NCBI RefSeq assembly: GCF_000142905.1
Contig: NW_013657628.1
Location: forward strand, 53,451 to 117,450
Direction of reading: 5' to 3'
Source of the DNA: Thecamonas trahens ATCC 50062
Taxonomy: Eukaryota; Protista; Apusomonadida
DNA length: 64,000 nucleotides
In this document: piece by piece, positions 19,808 through 31,012 of the stretch
Layout: every line of letters starts with the position of its first letter
How positions within the stretch are numbered: the stretch's first letter is position 1
Translations under genes and position numbers: made by a program
Notes under the pieces: model-generated
Told to the model about the DNA's origin: nothing
Database searches by the model: none
The model's input: the letters and a program-made list of their open reading frames with translations, nothing else

Positions 19808-21448
19808 TTACTGCGACTCGAAGAAGATGAGCGGGTCGGTGCCTTCGCCACCGTTGGATACCTTGCTGATCTGACTGTACCCGCTGCTGGAGCTGTTGTC
19901 GCTACTGGCCCGCCGGGCCGAGACCGGCTCAAAGAGCTCGATAGCACTGAGGCTGCCGTCGGTCGACGAGCTCGAGCTGCCGTCGAGCACCGACTCAGGC
20001 AGAGCGACGGGCGGGGCGACGAGTCGATGCCACTTTCGGCGATGTGCGATGAGCGATGGGTTGCGCGAGAGCGTGATGGCAAGCTCCCACCTCTTGCGCG
20101 CGCGTGTGAGCCTGTGGCTCGGCTTGCGCAATATCTCCACCGCGGCTGTAGCGATCGGGTTGGTGTACGCGGCCGACATGGCAACGCATGCCAGATAAGA
20201 CCGATACGACGGGTCCGACAGCTCCCATCCGCGTGGAAACAGTGACTTATCCGGCCGGAAGGCAAAGATCACGTTGGCGACGATGGCAAGGACAACGGTG
20301 AAGAACGCTACACCGGCGTCAAACACAAACGTGACGATGATATCGATGCCATTGACGATGGCGTGCCGCCGCGGATGTAAGATCTCCAACGGATCGCCCC
20401 GGCCATACACAAAGGTGAGTAGAAGCCAGCGCCACACCTTCTTGCCCAGTAGCGAGCCGAGCGATGAGAAGCCCAACTTGATGACAAACTGGAAAAAGGG
20501 ATCGTAGACGACAAAGAGCACAACGAGCGGTGTGAAGACAAAGAAAATGATGAAAAGAAGCACCATCAGTGAGAAGAAGGCATTGGCAAGCGCACGGCCC
20601 AGGAGCGACGGTACGAGAATTGGGGAGACCTTACCCTTGAGCAACGCATTGTCGGTAAGACCCGTTGGCTTGATGCCTGTTGCCATCAGAGCTGTTACGT
20701 CGGTGCGGAACTGCCTCCCAAAGCCAAGCGCGCCTGCAGTACCGCAAAGCACGATGAAAGGAGGCACGACAACCTGGTAGAACTGCAGCAAGTTGATGGC
20801 ATTGTTCATGATGTCGGTGAGAGCTGGGGCTCCTCGCAGAGAGACTGCTAGGTCAAGCATCATCGAGACAATGATAAAGGCAACAGCAGCAACTATGACC
20901 GATGCCAGCCAGATCAGCATGCCAGCGGTGAGGACCGGGACCGGGAACCGGAACCAGTCCAGCGGCCGCGCGGTTGACTCGCCCGGCACTGGTGACCGCA
21001 GTCGCTGAGCGGTGTAGCCCAGCGCCCGGCTAATCCGCTCATTGCGTGCCATGAGCAAGCCGACAAGCTCCACCACTGCAAGCGTAAAGCTGGAAGCAGA
21101 ACACGCCACCACGAAGACTGCGTCGCCGTCGCCGTCATCGTCTGCTGGCAAGTGCTGCTCATCGGGAGCAATAACCATCGTCAGGATAGCTACCACAATG
21201 ACCATCTGGCTCACCGCAAGCCCAATCCCGAACTTGTGCATCTTGTCTGCGCCTTCGATGGCGGCGAGGACGCCGAGTGGCGTCGCCAGCCATACCAGCG
21301 TGGCCACAACGACGAGACCAGCAGGGAGCCCAGGAGCGATGACCACGACCACAAACGACAAGATCTGGCAAAAGCTTGCCGCCGCCGCAAACGGCGATCG
21401 GAAGTTGTCAACCGCCCAGTGCGGGATCGGCGGCGCTGAGAACTTCAT
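19808..21448 (-). CDS. STRA6-like (retinol-binding-protein receptor family) multipass membrane protein
   Basis: About 9 TM segments; C-terminal RPDKSLFPRGWELSDPSYRSY..TNP and RARKRWELAITLSRNPSL resemble the STRA6 tail; ATG at 21448. Confidence 0.75.
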   Translation of the reverse strand: MKFSAPPIPHWAVDNFRSPFAAAASFCQILSFVVVVIAPGLPAGLVVVATLVWLATPLGVLAAIEGADKMHKFGIGLAVSQMVIVVAILTMVIAPDEQHLPADDDGDGDAVFVVACSASSFTLAVVELVGLLMARNERISRALGYTAQRLRSPVPGESTARPLDWFRFPVPVLTAGMLIWLASVIVAAVAFIIVSMMLDLAVSLRGAPALTDIMNNAINLLQFYQVVVPPFIVLCGTAGALGFGRQFRTDVTALMATGIKPTGLTDNALLKGKVSPILVPSLLGRALANAFFSLMVLLFIIFFVFTPLVVLFVVYDPFFQFVIKLGFSSLGSLLGKKVWRWLLLTFVYGRGDPLEILHPRRHAIVNGIDIIVTFVFDAGVAFFTVVLAIVANVIFAFRPDKSLFPRGWELSDPSYRSYLACVAMSAAYTNPIATAAVEILRKPSHRLTRARKRWELAITLSRNPSLIAHRRKWHRLVAPPVALPESVLDGSSSSSTDGSLSAIELFEPVSARRASSDNSSSSGYSQISKVSNGGEGTDPLIFFESQ

Positions 21449-22170
21449 CGTCCGCGAAAGAGTGAGACCCAGTCTACGCCGGAAGCCACGGCAATGGGGA
21501 CTTGCAGAAATCCCCGTTCTGGTCCTGTTGAGGGTACGTAGCCCGCAACACAAGACAGAGAAGCCTCACAGATGGCGAGTAGCAGTTTTTGCGTGTGAGA
21601 GGCGCTCCAGAGTACCAGCGGGCGCGCGCGGGAGGGGGGGAGGGAGGGAGGGGGGGAGAGGGGCGTGGTGGTGTGTGTGACGGCAGCAAAATGCTGTGCT
21701 ATTTGCTGCTGGAGAGAAAAACAAAACGAAACAGCGCCTCATGCCGAGCTAGAAGCGTCAGATCTGCCCTCACTTGACGATGGGCGTCTCGCTAGCAGAG
21801 TGCAGCACGGAGACGTAGTAGGGGGGGGGGGCAGAAGGAGAATGGATGGGAGTGGACGTGGATGCTGATGCGGTTTTAAGGGGTGTTTGCCCAGTGTAGT
21901 GGCAGGCAGACCTGAGGGTGGCCCGCTGCAAAGACCGAGCTTGATGAGCTGGTCCCTAACGTGATCGCAGAGGGGCCAGGTCGGTGGAAGAGGCTAATGG
22001 ACGCAAGTATCGCCACAACAGCATCGCACAAAAGGGTCCATGTCTCTGTGCTCGGCCAAAGAGTGCGACTCGGCATCGTGCCGGACTGGAATCCAAATGG
22101 AAAGGAAAGCCGCCGCCTGTTGAGCAACGCTCTGCAATAGCGCCACCACTCCACCCGTACGCCGGCTGAC

Positions 22171-22989
22171 ATGGCTGCGACACCAGATCCGGACACTGTT
22201 GCTGCGGCGAGCATTGTGGTGTATGGCCGTGGCGATTCGGTATCCGATGATACAGTCAAGGTAAGGTGAGGAGGTCGGGGGGGGGGGGGGGGGGGGGGGC
22301 TCGGCGGGCGGCAGAGGGCGGAGAGAGCGCAAGCTCGACACTGCGACTCATGGGCTGGCCGGAGTCGCACTGGCTCGGCCTGAGCACAGATCAATGTGAC
22401 GTCGCGGAGCAAGGAGAAGTGGACACACGAACTCTCGCCGTTTTTCCTCGGCCCAGTGACGGTGGATCTGGGCGGCGGCCGGGTGTATCAGGCGGCGCGA
22501 TTCGAGAATGCGTGGCAGTACACCAAGGTGTACGCGGTCCACGCCGACGACGATAATGAGCCGACTGATGCGTACTTTGTGTGGGCCGAGGCTGGGTTTG
22601 CCAACCCCAAGGCGGTGCGGTTCCCGATGGGCCGCGGCGCCAAGCCGCTGTATGCGCTGTGGAAGGGTCGGAGGCTGGGGTATGTCGAGGCGAGGCTGGA
22701 GATCTACGCGCCGCTCTACGCCGATGCCGTGCGGGCGACGGTGGGCTGGGGCAAGCTGAAGGCGGTGTATGAGAAGGCGGTGAAGAGCGGCAAGAAGCTC
22801 GCACTGTTTGACTTTGACGGCCACAACTCGATCGCCGCTCTTGGCTCGTTTGAGCGGATATTGTACAATACCAAGCGCAAGCTTGGGCACGCATTTGTCC
22901 TCGCCATGCTGCTCACCGGGAGCGAGCCGTGGGAGGCGCCGTTTGACGCTCACAAGGTACATGCGACGTCGATCGGGCGGCGGCGGTGA
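22171..22989 (+). CDS. DUF6939/NADAR-like protein; 2 exons (22171-22260, 22390-22989)
   Basis: Phase-0 intron GTAAGG...CACAG at 22261-22389 restores MAATPD...DTVK|INVTSRS; motifs LSPFFLGP, FENAWQYTKVY, GYVEARLEIYAPLY, LFDFDG, GHAFVLA. Confidence 0.75.
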
Positions 22990-23044
22990 AGAGCGCGGCG
23001 ATGTCTTGGGGTAAAGACGATGTTTTACACAACGGCTTGCCGCT

Positions 23045-24100
23045 CTACTGCTTGTGGTGGACGGGCATGGAGGTGCGGAGCTCCTCGACGGCCTCGTGGT
23101 CGTAGTTCCACGACGACATGACGGTCTTGGTCTGGGTGAAGAAGCCAATGCCCTCCTTGCCGAGGAAGAGGCGGCCGCCGGACCAGTGGGAGGCCTTGCC
23201 GCCCGAGAAGGAGAAGGCTGCGGGCGGGACCGGGATGGGCACGCCCGGGTTGCCGATGCCGACCTGGGTGACCTCGACCTCGGAGGCGTACTTGCGGGCG
23301 GCGGCGCCCGAGGCGGTGAAGATGGCGGTGCCGTTGCCAAACTCGTTACCGTTGACAAGGTCGATGGCCTCGTCGAGGGTGTCGACAGAGAGGACGACGA
23401 CGACCGGGCCGAAGATCTCCTCCTTGTAGCAAGTCATGTCGGGGGTGACGTTGGTGATGATGGTGGGCCCAACAAAGTTGCCCTCGGCGTACTTGGCGGG
23501 CACGTCGACGTTGCGGCCGTCGAGGAGGATGGTGGCGCCCTCCTTCTCGGCCGACTCGATGATCGAGTGGATGCGCTCAAGGGACTGCTTGGAGATGACC
23601 GGGCCGACGTCGGCATCGGGCTCCATGCCGCCCGAGACGGTGAGCTTGGCAGCCTTCTCGGCCACGTCGTTGATCCACTCGGCCGACTCGCCGACGGTGA
23701 CGATGGTGGAGAGGGCCATGCAGCGCTGGCCGGCGGCGCCAAAGCCGGAACCGACGAGCGCGTTGACGACCGACTCGCGGTTGGCATCGGGCATGATGAC
23801 GCCGTGGTTCTTGGCGTCGAGGTTCGACTGGACACGCTTGCCGTTGGCCGAGCCGCGGGTGAAGATGTGCTTGCCGGCCGGACCCGAGCCGACGAACGAG
23901 ATGGCGCGAATGTCGGGGTGGTCGCAGATGTTGTTGACCGTGTCAACCGAGCCGTGAACAACGTTGAGCACGCCCTTGGGCACGCCGGCCTCCTCGGCAA
24001 GCTCGACCAGGCGCAGCGACGCAGTCGGGTCCTTCTCCGACGGCTTGAGGATAAAGGTGTTGCCGGCGGTGATGGCCATCGGGAACATCCACAGCGGGAT

Positions 24101-24136
<36 letters not shown>

Positions 24137-25125
24137 GACGCCAAGCGGCTCCTGCCATGAGACCACATCGAGGTTGGTGGCCACGCTCTGCGACGACTCG
24201 CCAAACAGGTGCGGGACCATGGTGCAGCAGTACTCGACCGCCTCGAGGCCGCGGAACACGTCGCCCTCGGCGTCCACAAGCGTCTTACCCTGCTCGTCCA
24301 CAATGAGCTTGGCGATCTCCGTCTGGTGCTCACGGATGAGCGCCTGGTACTTGAGCATGACCCGGACACGGTTGGCCACCGACGTAGCCTTCCACGCAGG
24401 GAACGCCGCCTTGGCTGCCGCCACCGCAGCCTCGAACTCGTCGTTGGTCGTCTCGGGCACACGCGCCACGAGCTCCTGTGTCGCCGGGTTGAACACATCG
24501 ATGTGCTCCGTCGCCGCAGACTCCTTCCACTCGCCGTCGATGAGCAGCTTGGATGCCTGGGCCGACGCCTGGGCCGACACTGAGAGGGCGGCAGTCGCAA
24601 CCTACAGAGAGAGAGAAAGCGAGAGAGAAATCATGGGTCATATGTGAGTGAGCATGGTGATGATGGGGGGCAGGGGGGGGAGGGGGGTTGGTTGCCAGCG
24701 AGAGGGAGAAAAAGCAGGAGTGACAGGGGGGAAGGGGGGGGGGGGGGGGGGGGGGAATGGAGGGCCGAGGGGAGGGTTAAGGGTATGTGGTGGGGATGGT
24801 ATTCCGGACATATGTTCTGTATGTGGTTGTTCGGAACATCATCTACTTTGTCCCACCATGTTTGTCTCCTTTCCCTCTTACTGGGTAGGTAGGGGGGAGG
24901 GAGGGAGGGAGGGAGGGTGCGAAGGGGGATCACAGCCAGCGCCCGCCCACACGCACCCACGCCTACACCATACACGCTACGCTACACCACCATACCACCA
25001 TCACCACCACCACCACCACCACCCACTACTACCACTACTTATGCCCCCATGCACGATATGGGCATGTTCTAACATACCTGCGGGAGGTACCGCGAGGCGG
25101 TGGATGCAAGCCGGAGGTTGAGCAT
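23045..25125 (-). CDS. ALDH6A1: methylmalonate-semialdehyde dehydrogenase, mitochondrial; 2 exons (25125-25078, 24601-23045)
   Basis: ITPFNFPAMIPLWMFP, KPSEKDP, ISFVGS, AGQRCMA, EEIFGPV. Exon 1 MLNLRLASTASRYLPQ is presequence-like; intron GTATGT...TGTAG keeps the frame. Confidence 0.95.
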
Positions 25126-25878
25126 GGTATTGATAGAGTTGAGTATGGGAAGACAGCAGAACAGCGACCACAATGCTCGTTGGGCCTCGCCTGGCGCGGC
25201 ATCGCGGCATCCGTTTGGCAGGCAGAGAGTCCTTGATGGCCGGTGGGTATCAGGGAGAGGGCCAATCGGATACGGATTGTGGCTGTTCTGGAGAACGATC
25301 TCTAGTGGCTGCAGTACTGCAGTTGCCTTGGCTAGGCCAGTCCGTCCCGAGTCTATCTCGTCCACCGCATCACCCCCCACAGACATACACACACACATAT
25401 ATATATATATATATTGCTAATTATCCCAGCTATCATCACTTGCATCGGCATCATGGGTAGCATGTCCTCGATCTCTGCGGCAACCGGTCCGGACCAGGCT
25501 GCTCATCGGACCGAATTGGGCTTTGGCGCGAGCAACAGGAAAATGAAGCAAAGTCACAGCGATTTCTGACGAACTGCAGCTGCACCTGTCGCTGCTGGGC
25601 AACGCAAGCACGTGTACGCCTCGTCTTCCTTGCTCTTTACTTCCACTTTCCCACTATATACATGACTATAACACCCATAATCTGTGCTGTCTTGTCATGT
25701 TATGTGCGTTCGTGTACTTGCCTTATATGGCCATTGAGAGGCTGATACGTACCGGGCAAGTCACCGGGTGCAGCCTGTGGGGGTTTTTTCGTGTCGGGCG
25801 GCATACGACTCATCCAAAGCCTCCGGCCATCGTTCTTGTCGGCCTGATGTCGGAGATGGGCTCGCAGTTGTGAATACC

Positions 25879-26826
25879 ATGGCTGTTTCTGTGCTGGAGA
25901 CTCTTGATCAGTGTCTGGACTTCCAGGTCGAGGAGGAGATGTGGTTTGAGGAGGAGGAGCAGGAAGAGGGCGATGAAGAGGAGGATGACGACGAAGACGA
26001 CGACGAGGAGGAGGAGGAGGACGACGACGATGCGGACGATGACGACGACGATGCGGACGATGACGACGACGATGATGATGATGATGACGAGGACGAGGAG
26101 GAGGACGATGCGGACGACGACGACGACGAGGAGGACGAGGACGAAGATGACGAGGAGGACGCTGATGAGGACGATGATGAGGATGCGGACGACGATGACG
26201 ATGACGATGACGACGACGACGACGATGCAGACGACGATGAGGTGGTCAAAGAAGACGACGAAGACGTTGATGCTGATGCTGATGCCGATGCCAACGACGA
26301 CACCGACGCCGATGCCGATGCTGATGCTGACACCGACGCCGATGCTGATGCCGTCTCGGACGACAACAACCCGCAGCCGCGAGACAACGACGACAACGAG
26401 GAGGAGTCACTTGACGGCGACATCATCGGGTCGTCAGAGGGATCCAAGAAGGCTGCAGAGATCTGGGCCCGCATTCGCGAGTCGCAGGCCGCGGCCAAGG
26501 CGGCCCGCGAGGAGCGCGCCGCCCAGCGCCAGGTCGCCCTCGACACCCGCCAGGCGGACGTCGAGAAGCTCCAGGCCCGCCAGCTGGAGGAGGTCAAGCC
26601 GCTCATCGAGGCCGCACTGGCTGACAAGTTCCAGATCAAGGCCCTCATCATGCTCGCTCGCGACTACGAGATCTGCTCGCCGGCGTGGAAACTTGTCCGC
26701 TCGTACATCCACACCGTTGACGTCGCCGACATGGCCGACGAGGCCGACGCCATGCTCGAGGCGACCAAGCACCTCGCGACCGACGCTGAGGCCGACGCTA
26801 CCGCTGATGCCGACGTCGATGCCTAG
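25879..26826 (+). CDS. highly acidic (poly-Asp/Glu) protein with C-terminal helical region
   Basis: ORF with a D/E tract of more than 100 residues, DA repeats, then a coiled-coil-like segment with typical GC3-rich codons. Confidence 0.75.
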   Translation: MAVSVLETLDQCLDFQVEEEMWFEEEEQEEGDEEEDDDEDDDEEEEEDDDDADDDDDDADDDDDDDDDDDEDEEEDDADDDDDEEDEDEDDEEDADEDDDEDADDDDDDDDDDDDDADDDEVVKEDDEDVDADADADANDDTDADADADADTDADADAVSDDNNPQPRDNDDNEEESLDGDIIGSSEGSKKAAEIWARIRESQAAAKAAREERAAQRQVALDTRQADVEKLQARQLEEVKPLIEAALADKFQIKALIMLARDYEICSPAWKLVRSYIHTVDVADMADEADAMLEATKHLATDAEADATADADVDA

Positions 26827-26876
26827 ACTCGCTAAACATTTCTCCCCCATGCTCTTTTTGCTTTGCCTCAATAGTC

Positions 26877-29142
26877 TCAATAGTCGGTGTACTCGGGCAC
26901 GCCCAGCGGGCGCGACTGGACAACCAGGTCCATGACCTCGTGCACCTGATACGGGCGGCGCGGCTCGACGTTGTCAGCGATTGGCGCGGCGGGCAGGGCA
27001 TCGACGCCCTCACACACTGCCGCCGGATCGCACACCGCCGCAGGGTGCCCGCGGAGAAAGAACGGCATCGAGTATCTGGTCTCCTCGTAGTTGGGAATGA
27101 CCCGGTGGAACGGGGCGCGGTAGAAGCCGCGGGTCAAGTACCCGAGGTTCTCGCCAAGCATGACCGTCACGTCCTCGACGGGCTTGAGCTTCTCCTCGAC
27201 GCAAAAAAGGCCCTCGGTGAGGTGCGACTGGACCTCGAGCGCCGGGTTCGGCGATACCGGCGCGACGGTGACCAGGCCGAGATCCGCATGCGGCGACGAC
27301 GGGTACGACCGCTTGAACTTCTCGCGGTCCTCAGGCGTCTTGCCGGTGTGGTAGCGGAAGAACCGCATGACGTTGGAGCCGGGAAGTTCTTCCCGCTCTC
27401 GCGCTGCCACGCCGACGACGAGCTCTCCAGCTCCATCGCACTCGCGCCGGCCGCAACCTCGGCGTCGTACCGCGAGAGCAGCGCCGCCGGCACCGCCTCC
27501 TCACCCTCGAACAGCGCCGCCATGACCGGCGGAATGCCCGGACGGTCGCAAAGGTCCAGCAGCCGTGCCGGCGGCATGCCGATGCCGAGGCAGAGGAGCG
27601 CCACCACGTCGCGGGCAATGCCCTCCAGCACCACCCACAGTCGCAGCAGCGCCCGCGAGAAGCTGGGAAACGCACCATACGCCTGGTTCACCGCGCTCGA
27701 ATCAAACACGTTGCGGACCTGCATCCACTCGCGGAACCTGTTCGAGGCGTAGCCAGCAAACTTGGCCTCATCAAACTCGACCGATGTCGCGCCCTTGGCC
27801 GGCCGCTCGAGGTCAAAGAACGCGTCGCCCGCCGCAATCGCCGCGTGAATGTACGCCACAGCCTCGGTAGGCAGCGCGAGTGAGACCGAGCCGTTGCGCG
27901 CCGCCGCCGCCGCAAAGGCAGCCACCGCAGCAGAGCCCGGTACAAACATCTCGCGCCGGAGCTCGTCGAGCGAAAAGTGGGCCGGGAGGAGGCTTTCGAC
28001 TGGGTGCGGGACCGCGCAAGCGCCATCGAGCCCGTGCGCCACCAGCGACCGCGACGTCGCAGGCACCAGCACCACACCGTAGACCTGCTCCGGCACAAGG
28101 AGCCAGAGCATGTCCGATGTGAGGAACTCGAGCGAGAGCACAGGCCCGGAGCCGCGCTCGGTGAGGCCAAGGATGGCATGCTCGGACGGGTCGACGCCCA
28201 CCACCTCGCACAGCGCGAGCTGAAGCATGTCGTAGTCGGCGTCCGGCGGGAGCGCCAGTGGGGCGAGCGACCCGTCGGGCTTCTTGATCCGCACCCACAT
28301 GTCCCAAAAGTCGTTCTCGCAAAACTCGATAGTCGAATCGGTCAGCTGCGCAAAGAGCGCTCTCTGGTCAACAACGTCGCTCGCCCCAGCGCTGGTCTCG
28401 CGGCCCTTGGCGCTCTCGTGCTCCAGAAGCGCCGGCGGGACCCGCGAGAGGAACATGGGTGAGAACCGCGAGTGCCAGCTCGCCGAGTCGTCAACCTGCG
28501 GCCGCGGCGCGTCGGCCCACAGCGCGTGTACGTCGCGGCCCGCAGTCGACGAGAGCGGCAGCGGTGTGTTGTGCGAAAGACGCGGTCGTAGAAGATGATC
28601 GCCTCTTTGGACACCTTGGGCAGCAGCGCCGCAAGGAACGCTGCCGATCCGTCGCCGTCGCCAAGGTGGCCGTGTCGCCGCGGATGGAGCTGCTCGAGCT
28701 CGTTGGCAAAGGCAAGGTCGACCAGATCGTAGTACTCGTCCTTAGCCAGGCTCACCACCCGGTCTGCAAACCGGTCAAAGAACGAGTACTCGCCGGGCAC
28801 TACCTCGGAGAACACAAACTCGCTGCGGTCCATGGCGCAGAAGGCGTAGGCCAGGAACTCGGCCCGCTCGCCGAGCACCTCACGGACCCGCGGCCGTGCA
28901 TCCAGCGGCAGGCTCTGCGTGGTAAACGCTTCGGTCGAGTAGATCGAGTGGACGAGGCCGGCCACCGCCGCGGACTTGGAGTACGAGATCAGCTTCATCA
29001 GCCCGTACACGCCCACGCAATGATCCAGCAGCGTTCGTCCGCCCGAGTGCGAGGTCTTGTGCGCACCCGCCTCCTTCAGCAAGTTGACCTTGTCTTGGTC
29101 CACTACCACCGGCAGTGCCGAGTACTTGACAAAGAACTCCAT
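26877..29142 (-). CDS. DUF6817 (HD-like) + beta-grasp-like + 2OG-Fe(II) dioxygenase fusion, with two 1-nt frameshifts
   Basis: ORFs 28342..29142 (HSGGRTLLDH, AGLVHSIYSTE), 27167..28456 and 26877..27410 (HADLGLVT, HRV, RYSMPFF) overlap. Each junction is restored by adding one base in a homopolymer (about 28577 and about 27382). Confidence 0.7.
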
Positions 29143-29332
29143 GATGTCGACAGATGGTTGTGTTGCGTTGTGCTGTGTTGAGTTGTGCTCTCGACGTCGG
29201 CCGATCCGTGTTGTCCGTCGATCCGTCCGCGCAGCCGTCTACTCTGCGCGAAATGAAATACGTATACGGTGGTGGAAGAGGTGCACACTCTCGTGGTTGA
29301 TGAAGCTATATGTGAGGAGAGCAGGCGCGAGC

Positions 29333-29412
29333 GAGAGTCTGAGTCGCGAGCGAGAGTCTGAGTCGCGAGTCGCGAGGCCGAGTCCGAGTCCGAGTCCGAG
29401 TCCGAGTCCGAG
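29333..29412. repeat. (GAGTCC/GAGTCG)n hexamer-type repeat
   Basis: gagtccgagtccgagtcc... upstream of the DUF6817 gene. Confidence 0.85.
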
Positions 29413-29785
29413 AGCAAAGATTACGCACAAAGACCGGTGTGAGGATACCGTGTGTGCAAGAGAGTACAAGAGAGCGGAGTGGGGTGAGGTGTGGAATGAC
29501 CTGACTTGTGCTGGCTGGGCTCGGACTGTGCTCCCCTCGCCTCTTGTTGCGGGTCAGTGGCTTGGTTTGGGCTGCTCAATGCCGTGCGATGGGAAATTGT
29601 TCATGAAGGACAATGCCGCAGATGGACGAGCCTGCCATGCCATACCTCGATATCGGGGCAATAGAGATGGGGGCGAGTGGTTGAATGGCGGTGATCGGGA
29701 GGTAAGGGCGGTGGGAAGGTGAACAGGGGGAGGGGGGGGAGGGGCTGCCATGCAGGCCGAGGCTCGCGGGTGCTATGCAGGCGGT

Positions 29786-31012
29786 TCAAGGGTCGGGGCT
29801 GGGATCGGCTTCGGCTTCGGCTTCGACGAGCAAGTGGGCACGGTGGCGGATGGCCTCGGCGGCAGCGGCGCGGGCGGTAAAGCGGACGGCGTCGGCAGGG
29901 CCCCACGAGTCGAGCGGGAGATGCTGCAGGTGATGGATGGCGGCCTCAAACGTGAGGTCAGGGGCAAGGAGAGGCTTGCCGTACATTCGGAGGAGCTCGA
30001 TGCAGAGGGCAACGACAAAGGCTCCGAGACGGTTGGCTTCGAGCGCACGGTAAGCAAAGAGGGCGTCCCAGATCGGACCGAGGACGCCGACAGGAAGCTC
30101 GCGGGCAAAGAGGCACGCGATCCAGCGGTGGGCGTAGAGCGGCGAAGAGATGCCACGCGCCGCAAGAGCTGCAGCGAGGGCGGGGAGCTCGTTTTCGAGG
30201 AGGACGTCGACAGCGTCGAGGAGCTCCAGAACCCGTGGCTGGGTGGGCGTGTACAGGCCACGAAGGCCCGAGGCGGCGAGCAGCGAGTCGAGGCAGGCAA
30301 AGGCCTCGGCCTCAACGGCCATGAGGAACTCGAGCGGGACCGAGGCGGCCAGCTCGCCAATGGATGCCCACCAGAGCACAGGCTGTGCGGCGGCAAGCGC
30401 GTCTGCGTGTGGGCCTGACGTTGCCCGCGAAACCGACGCCAGGTACTGCACCAGCATGAGACCCGCGAGGTCGGAGATGCCCTGCACGTACTGGCCGTCG
30501 GCTCGAGCGTGAGCGTAGACCCGCAGCATGCGGGCAAGAGATATCGAGAGTGGTGGGCGGCTAAAGACGCACGCCCGTGGCAGGGTCCGCTCGACATCAG
30601 TGTCGATGCGGTCCATGACCGACGGCGCGAGGCGCACAGCTGCAGCCTCTACGGCATATACGTAGCCCAGGTGATGGTTCGCCAGCGCCGCCGGCCGGTC
30701 GCCGTGCCACTTGGGCAACAGCCCGGCGAGGACGCCCCAGGTGACCGCCCGCGCCCGCGAGCCCACGCCGCGAAACGCGCACCGTGCCACCTGCTGCACG
30801 TCCACCATCAGACCGACGAGCGCGTGCTCCAGCTCCAGCGGCAGTGCGCGCGGGTAAGCCTCTGCTAGCTGGTCATCGTCTCCATCCCCGTACTCGTAGC
30901 CATACTCGCTGCAGCTGTACTCGTCATACTCGTACTCGTCGTACGCGCTCCCAAACTCCGAGTCTGCCTCAAAGCCAAGATCATCATCGCCATGCCTGGC
31001 GAGGTTAGACAT
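29786..31012 (-). CDS. TBC-domain Rab GTPase-activating protein
   Basis: IDTDVERT (Arg finger), YVQGISDL (Gln finger), RWIACLFARE..IWD. May extend to ATG 31350 through a frameshift near 31206. Confidence 0.9.
   Translation of the reverse strand: MSNLARHGDDDLGFEADSEFGSAYDEYEYDEYSCSEYGYEYGDGDDDQLAEAYPRALPLELEHALVGLMVDVQQVARCAFRGVGSRARAVTWGVLAGLLPKWHGDRPAALANHHLGYVYAVEAAAVRLAPSVMDRIDTDVERTLPRACVFSRPPLSISLARMLRVYAHARADGQYVQGISDLAGLMLVQYLASVSRATSGPHADALAAAQPVLWWASIGELAASVPLEFLMAVEAEAFACLDSLLAASGLRGLYTPTQPRVLELLDAVDVLLENELPALAAALAARGISSPLYAHRWIACLFARELPVGVLGPIWDALFAYRALEANRLGAFVVALCIELLRMYGKPLLAPDLTFEAAIHHLQHLPLDSWGPADAVRFTARAAAAEAIRHRAHLLVEAEAEADPSPDP

Noticed and set aside
7104-21448. Run of five co-oriented minus-strand genes as an operon or polycistron
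   Set aside because: Functions are unrelated, several genes have their own upstream C-rich tract, and such a run is plausible by chance
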